A stretch of DNA of 64,000 nucleotides, from assembly GCA_016618085.1 (NCBI GenBank), contig JABLTG010000013.1:124001-188000 (forward strand). Direction: 5' to 3'. Every line of letters starts with the position of its first letter. The stretch's first letter is position 1. Made by a program: the position numbers and the translations under genes. This document shows positions 21,001 to 34,339 of this stretch, one piece after another. The notes beneath the pieces are model-generated. The model was not told the origin of the DNA and did no database searches. It was given only the letters and a program-made list of their open reading frames with translations. The DNA comes from Neovahlkampfia damariscottae (Eukaryota).

Positions 21001-21313
21001 ATGATATTTAACGTCAAACAATGTTGTGATTTGCATTTTAACATTCAATCTTTGGATCTTTGAATGAAGTGAGTTTTTGTGTTGTACTTCCACTTCTTTT
21101 GATCATCATTAAATGAAATGCGATGGTAAAAAGCAAAATGTTGGTCAGAGAAAATTGTCTTGATTTGGTTGTCTTTCACATGTCAGTAACACGAACTGAT
21201 GTTTTTCATCACACATTAAAAAGGAATTCTTTGAAATAAAAACTTTAAAAGGAAAAAACAACATAAAATTATGGGTCTAAAGCATCCAATCAAATTTTTT
21301 CATTCCTTGGAGA

Positions 21314-21933
21314 ATGAAAGGAAAAACACCATCAAAACTCTCCATATTTTTGATATCACTAATCTCTTCTATTCATCTGATCAATTTTATCACAAAAGTA
21401 AATAAAAAAACAAACTAAAACCTTATAGTCAAATTTTTCAACAATTTTCTGTTCATCTCCTCATGGATTTTTTTATTACTCAGAAATTACTAAATTATTT
21501 ATTTCACCACTTATTCATGGATCATTTTTTCATTTATTTTTGAGTTGTTGTTTAATTTTGTTAAATCAAAATTTGGAGACGAGAATTGGAACCTTGAATT
21601 ATCTTAAATTAATATTGAAGATTCATTCATTTTCATTAATTTTATATTATTTGATCAGTTTTATCTTTTTCAGGATAACTGGATGGTTTGTTATTTTTTT
21701 CAATTTTTATTTTTAGGAGCATTGTTTCAATGTATTTTTATAAACCATTTATAAATTGTTCATATGGTTTTATTTCAATTTTATCAGGTTTATTCATTTA
21801 TAACTTTGAATTTAATGCCACTTTTTTAATTTATTTTTTGTCAATTTTGATCTCAATTTTTTTTGAAAATGATTTTTACTCATGTTGTTATTCAATGATT
21901 GTAGGATACTTAATTTATACAATTGAAAAATAG
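21314..21933 (+). CDS. Rhomboid-like multi-pass membrane protein (probably inactive); 3' end uncertain
   Basis: Spliced across two short introns it reads KLFISPLIHGSFFHLFL..LETRIGT..CSYGFISILSG..IVGYLIY. It lacks a clear GxS/H catalytic dyad. Confidence 0.55.
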
Positions 21934-22099
21934 AACTAATAGAATACAAAAGCAATGACGACAATTTTGAAACAGAATTACTTGAAAATTCTGAGTTTTC
22001 AAAATGGTAAACCAGCAAATAGTCTCTACTGTCAAAAAAAATAAATTTTTATTTTATTTTAGTAAAATTGTTGTTCCAATCAAATCAAACCAACAAAAA

Positions 22100-23615
22100 A
22101 TGGACGAAGACCAAACAATTCAAGAATTTAAAAACTTGGTTCAAAGATCACAGACATATTTCTTAAGTCTAAGGTGAATAAAAATGAAAAAAAAAATTAA
22201 CCAAAACAAAGAGAGTTGCCAATTTCAGGAAATGATAAAGTTTGGCAACTTTATTTTAAAAAAAGTTTTGAAGCTTATACACAATTATGGAAATTTCAAC
22301 AAGATTATAGACCTATTTTGGATGCTAAAAAAGCTTTAAAACGTTGGGAAATTGGTGAAATAGCTTCAAAAATTGCTCAACTTTATTATCACTATTAGTA
22401 AATTAAAAAGATTTAATTTATTGAAAAAATAGTTTAAGAACAAGTGAATTATCATATTTAGAAGAATCTTTTACATTTTACAGTGCCATTGAAGAAAGAA
22501 AGTATTTTGAAAATTTAACAAATGAAAAAAATTTAAAATCAATCTTTATTAAAAAATTGAGATATTTTCTTCGTTTTATTTTGGTTTGTATATTACAAAA
22601 TAAACATGAAAAAGTTTTAAATATCATTGAAATTTTCAAAAAAAATTTAAAAGTATTCGAAGAAATTAATGAAGATGTTGATGTTGAAAATTATCCATTG
22701 TCTCCAACTGAAAAAAATTTAGGTGATTGGAAATTAGTGATCAAAGAGTTGGAAAAATTTATGAATTTTAAAAATTTAATTCATATTTCAAATGAAAAAA
22801 AGTTAAAAACAAAACCATTTAATTTTATCGAATCAAATTCAATTTCGATGAGTATCATAATTGGAAATAATGATAAACAAATTAAGTATAGTGAATTATC
22901 GTTGGATATGTTTAGAATATTACATTCTTTAGAAAGAAGCGAAAAAAATCCAAAAAAAATATTGCTTTATCGACCAACATTTTCATTGGTTTTAAACTCA
23001 TTATCAAATTCGTTTTATGAGATGAAAAAAAACGAAATTTTATTATTTTATTTGAATTCAAATTCTAATGAAAAATCTATTTTAATGAGAGATAATGAAA
23101 TATTTGCAGTTGATGATTTAATGCCATTCACAAGAAAACCTGTTTTTTTGATTGTCGAATCAAAATTTTTTGATTCAATGATTCCTTCAAAAAATCGATT
23201 TGAATCACCTTTTATTGGATTATTTTCAAATGATTTAAATCAATCAATTGATGGAGTCGCAATGATGACTTGGTTTTTAACAAATCCAGTTGAAGCAATA
23301 TGTTATTTATTTGAAATTAAAAATATAGAACAAGATCAATACGAAAAAATAGATGAAATTCTAAACAAACTTTACAATGAAATTATCATATTATTGATTA
23401 GTTTGAATGAAGAATTAAATACTTCATTCAAATTCTTTTTAGGGAATTCATTCACGAGACAATTCCTTTTAAGATTTATTATTTATTTTTCGTTTTTAAA
23501 CATTTTAAAAAAACCAAATCAACCATTGATTTATCCAAATTTGACGAATGAAATTTTTAAAGGTGCAGTGTTCGAAAGTGCTTTCCAAAAAATTTCAAAC
23601 ATTTTAAAAAAATAA
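22100..23615 (+). CDS. SCAI: SCAI family protein (two introns)
   Basis: YTQLWKFQQDYR..LKRWEIGEIASKIAQLYYHY|YLRTSE, IKYSELSLDMFRIL..LE, NPKKILLYRPT, DLMPFTRKPVFLIVES. Confidence 0.9.
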
Positions 23616-23618
23616 ATT

Positions 23619-23992
23619 TTATTTCTTTTCTTTTAATTTTTCAATAATTGGTGCCATTGCTTCTTTCATTGATTCAATAAATGCTTCTTCAGGTTCGTCT
23701 TGAAAAGGTGCTGTCATGAAAGAAAAGTATTCATCACGAGAAATAACTAGATTTCTTTTAATTTAATTTTTCAAACCTCCATCTTTATTTTTATCCATAA
23801 TATCGTATTGTTCTTTGTCTTCTTTATCAAACTTTTCTCCTAATTTTTTTTTGACGGAAACAATTTCGTCAAGAGAAATAAGACCATTATTATCTTGGTC
23901 AACCACTGAGAAAAATTAAATTAAAAATAATCTTAACAATCAAAATATTCATTGAGGATTGGCGTCAGTGCTTCGAGGATCTTGGAAGACAT
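23619..23992 (-). CDS. Small EF-hand calcium-binding protein (two introns; absent from ORF track)
   Basis: Spliced product contains VDQDNNGLISLDE and MDKNKDG..ISRDEY loops. Confidence 0.8.
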
Positions 23993-24039
23993 GTTTTTTT
24001 TATAAGAACAATTTGATTCGTTAAAAAATAAAAATAAAT

Positions 24040-26310
24040 TTATTTGTAAAATTCTTTTGGGAATTTCAATTCATCAACCATTACTTGATCATTACCAATA
24101 TATTCAGGGGTAAATACTAATAAATATCTTGTAATAACAATATTTTCATCTGACAAAATTTAAATAAGAATTTAAATGTTTTACCTGTTGCAACATATCC
24201 CCAGTCATGTGAATTATATCCTTTACCTTGTAAAATTTCACATAATGCCATACATCTAATTGATTTATAAGTTGAATTCTTCCAATCTGCATCACTTTGA
24301 TGCATATATCCAATTGAAGTTTGCATATTTTTTGCAAGATAAATTCCTGCACCAGCTGCGGCACCTGCTGACATTTTTGAAGTATTACTATAATTTTTAA
24401 GACCTGATCTCAAAATACAATGCCAATTTCCACATCCTGATCCATGAAATGCATAAAAACTACCTTGTGATTTCTTCTTTTTTGAAAATAGAGCTTCTCT
24501 TTCCGGATTTGATGATACCATAATAAATTGATCAATACCTTTAGGAATTCCACCAATCAATTTGTCTTTTGGAACTGGAATTAAATATGAACGATTTGAT
24601 GAAATAATCCAACTTAAAAGTGGAAATAATTTCTTTTCAGTTTTCAATAAATAAGAATGAAGTGCTTTTTCTTCTCCTCCTGAATTTTTAACAATATCTT
24701 TTATAGATGGCATTTTATCCAATAAGCTCATGACATCAGTACCAACTTTTGTTTCATCTTTTTTTTTTAATTCTAATACAGATGTTGGTTGGGGTGATAA
24801 TTCTCTCACTCCATTGGATGTGACTGCCATTCTTGCAGCTGTGTAAGTTAAATACAATAATAAATCAACTACAATTGCATTTGTATTGATTTCATTCATG
24901 ATATCAACACCTAGACCATATTGTTCGGATGAATGAATACATAATTGTCTTTCACATATTGTAGGTTTGAAACCTTCAAATCCTAATTCTTGATCACATA
25001 TAATACAATTGTTTGCACAGTTTGTAACTTTAAAATTCAAGTAGGAATATAATCCAATGAATAAATTTCCAGATTCAAATAAATCTGTTGATAAAGTATC
25101 TCCATTCATGATCATTTCTTCTGTTTTTGAAAACTTGAAAAATTAAATAAAATTCAACAATCTCTTACAATGTCATCTTTTTCAGTTTCATATTTTTTAG
25201 CTGTGGTTTCATTCATTAATGCATTTGCTGCCAAGTTCTAATGAAAATTGTTAAAAAAAATTTTTTAACAATTTTTTTACAATATCTTCTTTTGTATCTT
25301 CAAGTGCATAATATGCTACTTTATAAGAAAATCCCATATCTCGTAATGTTTGTATTTTTGTTTCGTCTATTGAATCATTATAGTTTTTCTTTTGTTTTGT
25401 TTTAAAAATTAAATTAAATGGATCAAAAAGTTTGAATGATTCTTTGGTTGAAATTGTTTCAATTTTTTTTGTGTTCATTTTTGATTTATTTGACCATGTT
25501 TGAGTTAAAATTGTTGAAATTCTATTATCTAAATACCAAATTAAAAGCCCAAATTGTGTTTTTTTGTCTTTAATTTCAGGTTTACTTAAATCTACATCAG
25601 AGGTTTGATAAATACCATTTTTTGCAATTCTGGGAGCCTAAAAAAAAGGTTTTAATTTCTTTTTTCATTTTATTCTTACAATTGAAGTGTCAAGATAATT
25701 TACATCAAATTCAAGCTAATAATGTCATGTTAAAAAATATAAATTTTTTTTTTACTTCAACAACGATTCTTCTGTGTTTATCAATATTTATAGCACATGC
25801 ATTCCAATGAGACATCCAATTTACACTTACAGCAACTCTAATTAAAAAGTATGAATTAAAATTGACAGCTCCAAGGTGTGGTGATTTGATAACTTTATTT
25901 CCAGCTTGAATGTCTTGAAATAATTTTTCAAAAGTTTCATCAATTTCTTCTTTTTCATTAAAATCAAACTGATTATTCATCGCTGATAAAGGTGTTTGGG
26001 AATCTAAACCAGAAGATAATGACGTTGGTGTGACAAGACCAGAGTCTTCAATAAATTTGAGTCTTTGATCATCAAATTTTTTTAATATTCCTTCTAAAGC
26101 TTCTACATCTTTGTTACAGATTACTATTTCTTCTTTGTCTTGGTATTTGAAGGAAAATTTTTTGTTTCCCAAGTCTTTCATGACAACAGTGAATTCTTCT
26201 TCAATGATATCAATTCCAAAGGTTAAAATTTTTTCTTTTTCGTTGAATTTGTATTCTGTTACAAGATCAAGTTCAACGTATGGGACAAACACTTCGTTGA
26301 CAGAGTTCAT
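24040..26310 (-). CDS. PARP6/PARP8-like mono-ADP-ribosyltransferase with UBA-like segment (multi-exon)
   Basis: CIICDQ..FKPTICERQLC Zn motif, AFHGSGCGNWHCILRSGLKN, GAAAGAGIYLA, CMALCEI, last exon ENIVITRYLL. UBA-like TLRDMGFS..A..AL upstream. Confidence 0.85.
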
Positions 26311-26374
26311 TTTTGATTGGTTTGCTAAAAATAGATGTTGTGGATATTTTAAATACAGATGAAGTTTGAATCAT

Positions 26375-27607
26375 TTATTCAATTTGAACTTCATCAAATG
26401 ATTCATTTTTTTTCTCATTTTGTTCGATCAATGACTCAGAATCTTTTTCAATTTTCTTATTTTCTTCTTCATCTTCAAGCACAAAATGATTTTGATCAAA
26501 GGTGTTTTTTACTTGATCATCTTCATCATTTGAAGAATATAATTCAATTTTTTTGAAGGATTGTTTTTTTTCTTCTTCTTCTAATAATGAATATTTTTTT
26601 AAATTTTGTTGTTCATCATCATGATACCAAATTATACATATTGATTTATTACCATCTGCTGTCCATTCAAAATTCTTTGAAATAATGTTATAATTATTCT
26701 TTTGAATCCATTCAATGGATGCTTGAATATTTTTTGAATGAATAATTTCAGAATTTTTTAAATACCCTTCAATTTTGTTTAAATCAAAATCACATGTATT
26801 GTAAAATAATTTAGCTTTTAAATCATATTGAGTATCTAATGATTCAACATCATTTAATGTTGCTCTATCAAAACAAGGTAAAACTAAGTATCCTTGTTCA
26901 TTCATTATTTTGTTATACTTGTTATGTGCTTCTTTGATGAAGAAATCTTTAAATTTTAAAGTTACAATAACAAGTGGTTGTATTATACTTGGACTTGTTG
27001 TAATGTCTAATATATCCAAATCTGATTTATAATCTTCAGAGAATTCAAGTACACGAGTTAACAATCCATAAAAATTTGAAAGTTGATCACCAGCACCTCC
27101 TGCGACTGTAACTTGTTGACCATGCTTAAAATGAATTTGTTTTATAGATGTATCATTTTCAAGTGAAAATTGAAGAAGTAAATTCCTTTCAAAAATGGAT
27201 CCAGGAATAAATATTTGTAGTTGTATTGTTCCAATTTTTTGTTCAGCAGTTGTGAGAAAGTCAACATCAAAAATTGTATTTTTATCATGTTCAAAAGTCT
27301 TACAACTGAAAAAAGCTTGTCCAAGTATACTGTTTGAAAAAGTACCTTTTGATTCAAGTGAAACTCTGTAGTTTTTTGCATCTGGATGTTTTATTAAATT
27401 AAATACCAATGGATTATTAATAAAAGAAAATCCTTCTTGTGATATTTCTTTGAAAGTTATAGTTGGTGGTTGTGGAGCTAAAATTTTGCCATTATTGTCT
27501 GTTGTTACTACTCTAAGGACAACATTTGTAAGTGGTTGTGAGATATTCAAGAGACTTAATACAGAGATTGTTGTTGTTGTTGTTGGTGTTAATGCTTGAT
27601 TACCCAT
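26375..27607 (-). CDS. N-myristoylation candidate with C2-like N-terminal domain, acidic tail
   Basis: Starts MGNQ. Beta-rich domain (VSLESKGTFSNSILG..KIGTIQLQIFIPG). Paralogous to 38295-39598. Confidence 0.65.
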   Translation of the reverse strand: MGNQALTPTTTTTISVLSLLNISQPLTNVVLRVVTTDNNGKILAPQPPTITFKEISQEGFSFINNPLVFNLIKHPDAKNYRVSLESKGTFSNSILGQAFFSCKTFEHDKNTIFDVDFLTTAEQKIGTIQLQIFIPGSIFERNLLLQFSLENDTSIKQIHFKHGQQVTVAGGAGDQLSNFYGLLTRVLEFSEDYKSDLDILDITTSPSIIQPLVIVTLKFKDFFIKEAHNKYNKIMNEQGYLVLPCFDRATLNDVESLDTQYDLKAKLFYNTCDFDLNKIEGYLKNSEIIHSKNIQASIEWIQKNNYNIISKNFEWTADGNKSICIIWYHDDEQQNLKKYSLLEEEEKKQSFKKIELYSSNDEDDQVKNTFDQNHFVLEDEEENKKIEKDSESLIEQNEKKNESFDEVQIE

Positions 27608-27760
27608 TCTATTCTGAAGTTGTGATTTGTTTGAGGTTTAGATGTGTTTTATTGGACAAACATCCGGAGATTAGAATGTGAACTATTTTTGGGAAATCTA
27701 ATTTTAAACATTAAAAATTAAAAGGAAGATTAAAAAATTTCATGTTCTTGAAACAAAAAT

Positions 27761-28786
27761 CTATTCAATTCTTTCAATTTCAAATCTACCCTCAACATTA
27801 TATTCCAAAAAATTTTCTTCTTGTGATTCAAGTACTAATATTTTTCTTTGGTATTTTCCAAATACTTCATTTCCTGTTATATTTAATTTATATTTCACGT
27901 CAATATAAACTTCACCAAAATTTTTCGTTTCTCTAATTCCATTTCCGTGTAAAACAATATTTTTATCATCTTCAAAAATGCCAGTCAATGGAACTGCCAC
28001 ATCAACTTGTAACCATGTAACTACATTTCCAAATATTTGAATTGGTGGTATTTCTTCTTTTTCAGAAATTTCCCATTCATCCAAATGATGAATGACTTCA
28101 TGTTGAATATCTTGTTCTTTTACTTTTTCAAAAGACTTCAATAACTTAATTCTAATATCTTGAAAAACATATTTTTCACTTTTAAATTCAAGAATTTCTT
28201 TTGTATTCTCAAATTTTCCAGTTTTTAATATTTTATAGATTTTTGGATAATTCATCAAATTTTGTAAATTTTCAATTTGAACTTCAAGTTCTTTGAGAAA
28301 ATTAGGATCTCTTTGTTCTATAATCAATCCATATTTTTGAGCATCTTTGTATTTTCCAAGATGACAAGCTAAAATAAAAATTTGAAATATTTGATCAATT
28401 GAAAGTGAATTCAAATTTAATTGAGACAAGAAATCGTATGAAGATTTAATTTTAAAACCATTTTTCAATATAAAAGCCACAGATGCTTCAATAAACTTTG
28501 ATTCTGGTATTTCTTCTGCTTTCAATTTTTCAAGTGTGGAAAAAATTTTGTTTCCGAATTGATTTTTGTTTTTTTCAAATTCATCAATTTTTAATCTATT
28601 CAAGTGGTTTAAGAGATAATTTGAAATTAAAAAATTCAACTCTTTGTTTTCAGTTTCAAATTTCAAAATTGAATCTGTGTAACTCTCAGAAAAATCATTA
28701 GACTCCAGTTTTTGTAGTAGTTCTTCTTTTGTTGTGTATGTTATTTTGTGTTTATTTCTGAAAATTTTCAATACTTTTCTTATCAT
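27761..28786 (-). CDS. Hypothetical protein, possibly mitochondrial-targeted
   Basis: 341-aa ORF with a basic N-terminus (MIRKVLKIFRNK) and a TPR-like helix. Confidence 0.6.
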   Translation of the reverse strand: MIRKVLKIFRNKHKITYTTKEELLQKLESNDFSESYTDSILKFETENKELNFLISNYLLNHLNRLKIDEFEKNKNQFGNKIFSTLEKLKAEEIPESKFIEASVAFILKNGFKIKSSYDFLSQLNLNSLSIDQIFQIFILACHLGKYKDAQKYGLIIEQRDPNFLKELEVQIENLQNLMNYPKIYKILKTGKFENTKEILEFKSEKYVFQDIRIKLLKSFEKVKEQDIQHEVIHHLDEWEISEKEEIPPIQIFGNVVTWLQVDVAVPLTGIFEDDKNIVLHGNGIRETKNFGEVYIDVKYKLNITGNEVFGKYQRKILVLESQEENFLEYNVEGRFEIERIE

Positions 28787-28830
28787 AATGGATACAAAAA
28801 AAATTGAAGGAAAATCTAATTGGACAATTT

Positions 28831-30328
28831 TTATTGTAGTTTTTTATGTTCATCGAGTGAAGTAACTTTTTTGTTGAAAATTAACAACCAACCAATTGAA
28901 ATTGCATTAATTAAAGCATTTCCATAAAAAAATTTCGGTGAATTGAATTGATAAATCACAAACATCGAAAGAGATAATCTACTTATTTCAAGAAAAGTTG
29001 AAAATGATTTTTGATCAAATATTGTACTTAATGAATACATATGAAAATAAACATAACATCCTGATAACATTCTTTGATACAAATTGAATTTTGGAAATGA
29101 GTTTAAAATGGAAAATGAAATCACAACTTCCAAGATGAAATGAAGAAAGCTATAGAACCACATTTGTTGATTAACTGGATTAGAATCATATTTTTGTCTT
29201 TTTTTTATAGGTTTTTTAATTTCTTCTTTTTTTTCTTCGATTTTTGGTGTTGAATTCAATCTATCTTTAAATTTTTGATACTGTGCATATTTATTGACTT
29301 TCCATGAATAAATTGGGCTATAATCCAACCAACAACGAATTCTAGTATTTTAATTTCTAAATTAATAATTACTTGTTTAAAATTCCATTTGATCTTTGTG
29401 ATGCTTCGTAAATATCCATCCAATAATGATGTTGCAAAAAAAATGGGTTCCAAGAAGCAATTTTTGTTGAAATACCATAATTTACTGCTTCTTCCTCTTC
29501 TTGAAAAGATCCAAACATTCTATCAAAAATGATCAAAGTTCCACCATAATTTTTATCTACATATTTCCAATTCCTACCATGATGAACTCTATGATGAGAT
29601 GGCGTATTAAATATGAATTCAATAGGCCACCATAATTTTGAAATATGTCTTGTATGAATAAAAAATTGATAAATTGTATTGATATCTTTATGATAATAAA
29701 ATAATGGAACAGGAGCAATAAATGCAAATGGTAAGAAAAAAACTTGTGAAAAAAATGGTTGAAAATAAGATTGTCTCAAAGCAGTTGATAAATTATATTC
29801 TTCTGATGTATGATGTACAATATGACCAGCCCAACCAATATTCCATTCATGCCCAAAACGATGAAACCAATAGTAACTAAATTCTACCATGAAAAATAAC
29901 ATCATCCATTCAAACCAATTATAATCACTTTGCTTTCTTGCAAAGTCAATTAAACTATAGTATTTATTGATATAAACATACATTTCAAAATTTCCAAGGT
30001 GAAATAAAATACTGAAAATGGTTGAATAAACACCCATTGAAATAGATGAAAATGTATCATTCAAACGATAATATTTTTCTTTTTTAAATAATTCTACAAA
30101 TGATTCAATAATTACAAGTACTAAAAAAATTGGTATAAAATATTGTATAAGTTTTGGTTGTTTTGGAATGATTAATTCTTCTGAAGAAAGTGGAACAGCA
30201 ATATAACCATAAATACCAAGAAAGACTGGAAAATATCCAACAAGTAAATAACTGAATAGTTTTAACCATGACTTTGATTCAGATTTTAATATTTCTTCTT
30301 GTCTTTCTGCTGTCAACTGTTCAATCAT
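28831..30328 (-). CDS. AGMO: Alkylglycerol monooxygenase (fatty-acid hydroxylase superfamily), one intron
   Basis: YYRLNDT, YYWFHRFGHE, WAGHIVHHTSEEYNLSTALRQ, YQFFIHT, NTPSHHRVHHGRN..DKNYGG..IFDRMFGSF. Confidence 0.92.
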
Positions 30329-30417
30329 TTTGGAACAGAAAAATAATTTTTGATTGGCGTGCACAGTTTCGAATTTATAACAATGAATTCAAAATTAATA
30401 TTGATAAAAATCACTCT

Positions 30418-31162
30418 TTATTTTTTTTTTGGATTATAATCAAGTCCTAATTTTTTCATTTCAACAGCAGCTCCAAATAAATAATCATATACTTCAGCAT
30501 GTGTTTTACATTCAATCCAATCTTTACCCCAGATATATACCTTTGTTAATGTTAAAAATTTAAATTGATTTTTTTTTTTACTCCGTGTCTTCTTACAAGC
30601 ACAGCAAAAGTATTTGGATACTTTTCCATGATGCTGTACATTCCATCACATAATTCATGTTCAAAAGCTGTGTTTTCAATAATAGGTACTGTTAAAGTGT
30701 CATAGTAACCATGTCCTCGAATTCCTTTAATCATTTCAAGATGTGAACATTGAAATTCGTTTTTGTCTTCTCCAACAATGAGAGTGGCCAACATTGCATT
30801 GACAGAATGACTATGAATAACAGCACCTGCATTTCTTAATTTATATGCATTGTTGAATAAAGTCAAACAAGCAGAGATTTTGAATTTTGCATCTTTGACT
30901 GCTGTGTTTGGATCATAAATTGGTTTTAATGTTTTTAAATCTAAAATGTAAATATGTTCTTCTTCCATTCTTTCTTTATGAACTCCGGAAGGTGCAATAA
31001 AAATTTCATTTTCAACTCTGATGGAAATTCCTGGTATCGGATAATTAAAGAAAAAAAAATTTTACCTCCGCCAGTTCCTGAAACCCATCCTTGATGGTAG
31101 AAATGACGACATAATTCTACAATAACTTTTTGTGGTGTATCACTGTTTTTCAACAAACTCAT
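30418..31162 (-). CDS. APIP: Methylthioribulose-1-phosphate dehydratase (two introns)
   Basis: [65 protein letters not shown]. Confidence 0.94.
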
Positions 31163-31289
31163 TTTAAAAAACAATTTTATTGGACAACAGAAATTTGATT
31201 TCAAAACAATAAATTTTTGAAATTTAGGAAAAAAACTGAAAAATATGAGATAAAGATCTTCATCCAATCATATACTCAATTTTTATCCA

Positions 31290-31897
31290 ATGAAAGCTTT
31301 ACTTGCCTTGACAGTTTTATTTCTCTTGGTCAGTTTTGCTGTTTCTGTACCAGTTCCATGTGTTGCATCCGCTCAAGCATCAGTCCTTAATATCGGTGAT
31401 TTTGGAGGTTATTGTGGGCTTCAACCAGGAGAAAAAGGATGTTTCCATACCTGTTCATATGGAAAAAACATGAAAATTATATTTGAATCAAAAGAAGTCA
31501 ACAGTTTTGATGCGGTAGGACAAGTTTATTTAGAATGTCTTTCAGAAGGACCACTTTGTCAATGTAGTCGTTTCATGTTTGAAATGTTTTTTTTTTTACC
31601 TTTTACTTTAGTTCATTGCTTGCTTCTGCTGGGCAAACAAGACAAAAAAGAAATTTAGAAGGTGTTATCACTAGCACATGTAGAACTTCAGAATTCTTCA
31701 GAAATCCTTCTGTAACTGCTCCTCCACTTATTTTCGGACATCCATCACCAAAAAAACCAAAAAGTGTTTCAGGTGTTGTTAGAAATCTCAGAAAATTCTC
31801 AAAAAGAGTGGTACGTAAACCAAGTTCATTTGGTACTCTCTCAGAAGAACAAGAAGAAACATCAACACTTGATTTTCAACTTGAAGATACTGAATAA
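31290..31897 (+). CDS. Small secreted cysteine-rich protein (one intron)
   Basis: Signal peptide MKALLALTVLFLLVSFAVS, several Cys, and a GT-AG intron ~31578-31611 joining the two ORFs. Confidence 0.6.
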
Positions 31898-32024
31898 ATT
31901 ATTTGTTCTGTTAAAATCCAAAAATAATAACTCCCATCTGAAACCTTACAAGAAATGAAGTTTACATCTAAAAGGAGTTCAACCAATAATTTCTTTTCAT
32001 TCTGAAAGATCTTTTTGATTCGTC

Positions 32025-34200
32025 ATGGGTGTTGTTGATTCAGTATTCAACTCAATTTCTTCAGCAACTTATAGCGAACAACAATGGAAACAACTACTTG
32101 ATCATATCAAAAATTCAACCAAAACCTCACAAGAAATAACAAATTTTATGGACAGATTATTTTTAAGGTTAAAGAAACATGAAGAAACTCATGGATTTTT
32201 AAAAACGAACCAAATTAAAGTACTTTTTGAATATATCACAAAAATCCTGACCATAGAAGAAGTCCAGTTAGGAAAAGATTGGAACAAAATTATTCTTGAA
32301 CAATTCTCAACTTTGGACACAACTATTCAAAATTTAATAATAGAAATAAGTTTAATACTGATAAAAATTGATGAAAATTACAGAACTAAAGTTTTTCAAA
32401 ACGCGATTTCAAAACCAAATCAAATTAGTCTGTAAAAAAAAAAAAGAAAAAAAAAAGTTAATAATTTTTAAATTTTAGGACGTACTCAATTGTTGAAAAA
32501 ATATCATTGAAATTACCATCTTTAATCTTTAAAATAGTTGAAGAGTTGATAGAATCACCAAAAATTACAAAACAAGCATGTGATTTTTGTTTACATTTGA
32601 TAGAGAATTCTTACTTCAATTCTTCATTTCATTTTATTGCTGAAAGAAATATATTATTCTCATTAATCAAAATATTAAAAGTAAAACTCAACTCAAAAAT
32701 TAAAATTTTTTTCATGAAGAAAATTGAAGATGTAGAAATTGAAATTTCTTGTTTATGGAGTATATCTTTTATTATTCCAACTTATTTACAAAGAGAAAAA
32801 ATAAGTAATTTAGTATCATTTACAAATGATTTATTTTCAATATTTCAAAAATTATTCAAAAATGTACATCATGATGTAGTCAAACCATTGAAACAATTTG
32901 GAAAATTACTTTATACAATATTTCCTCATTCTTTTTTAGAATTTGTTCGAAAGAATGAATTAAATGTTGAAAATTTAATGAAGAATTATGCTTTTAATCC
33001 AAGATTATTGTTAAGTCCTGCTAATGAATTGAAATTAGAATCAATGAAAAATTTAAATTTTAAACAAATTATGAATGATTCAGATTTATATCAAAAAAGA
33101 AATAAAATAGATGCAAGTTATTTTTCAACTGAATTAAAAAATATTGAAAAATTAGATGCTGATAATACAAGTTTAGGTAAGAAAAAAAAATTTAACACAA
33201 TTTCTTTATTAAGGTTTTTTATTCATTATTTTTAATATTTTAAGATGTATGGTGGCAAAAAATTAGTGATTTACAAAACTATATTGAAGATTATTTTGAA
33301 AAAGAAAAAACAATTTATACAAATGATTTAACAAAATTACAAAAAAAATATTTAGTTTTAAAAAATGAAAAGATATTTGAAAGATTTATGAGAAAAAAAC
33401 ATGAAAATTATTCAAAAGAATTAAAAAAAAAATTAATAAATTCATGGGAATTAGAAGATAAATTAATTGATTCATCAAGAAGAAATGATCAACAATTAGA
33501 AGAAATTAAAATTTTAAAAAATGAAATGAAAAAATTAAAAGAAATTAATATTAGAACAAAAGATACACAAATAAATTGGGAAGCAAAAGTTCAAAATAAT
33601 TTAGATCAAACAAATTTTAGAATTAAAGGATTACTTGAAAAGAAATTAATTTTAGATGAAAAAATTGATACTTTAGAACATGAAAATTATCAATTAAAAG
33701 AAGTTTTAGATTCAAAAGTTACTGAAATTTATCAATTAAAAACAAGATTAAATTTCTTAAATACAAAAGAAGTTGAATCTTTAAAAATGAAAAAAAAATT
33801 AGATTCATTACAAGAAGAAATTTTCATTTTTGAACAAAATCAAACTTTATTACTTGAATCAATTGTTAAAAATCAAAAATTATCTTCTGAGATTTTACAT
33901 CGTGATAAAATTATTCAAGCTTTAAATAAAAAACTTGATAATTCATTGGAGAAATTGAGACATATTAATTCAATCATTTATGAAAAGGATTTAAATATTT
34001 CTTCTTATAAATTAAAAGTTGAAAATCAATTTAATGAACTACAACAAGAAAAACAGAATATCATTTATTTGACAAATGTTTTTGAAGATAAAATAAATTC
34101 AATAAGTAGGAAATATAAAACATCAAAAGATATAAATTTATATTTAGAAGAAAGAATATTACAAATGAACTCAAAAATTGAGAGTTTATCAAAAGAATAA
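32025..34200 (+). CDS. TSC1: Hamartin (TSC1)-like protein (two introns)
   Basis: Helical N-domain with LYTIFPHSFLEFVR and FNPRLL..NEL (cf. hamartin LYGMYPCNF, HPELV..ELD), FERFMRKKHE (cf. YERFKRQQHA), then a long coiled coil. Confidence 0.65.
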
Positions 34201-34339
34201 AGTTTTAAAGATTCTCTATAATATTATCCTTCTTGTGATTGTTGTGATGACAAAGACGAAAAATTGAGTTCAATTTCTCACTTTATTTTAAAGCATCTCG
34301 TTCTAGAGACATTGTAAATCAGCAAAGTAATCTGTATGA

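Noticed and set aside
34240..34335. Possible C/D snoRNA (GTGATGA) between TSC1-like and RNase Z-like genes
   Set aside because: No matching CTGA D box or terminal stem found.
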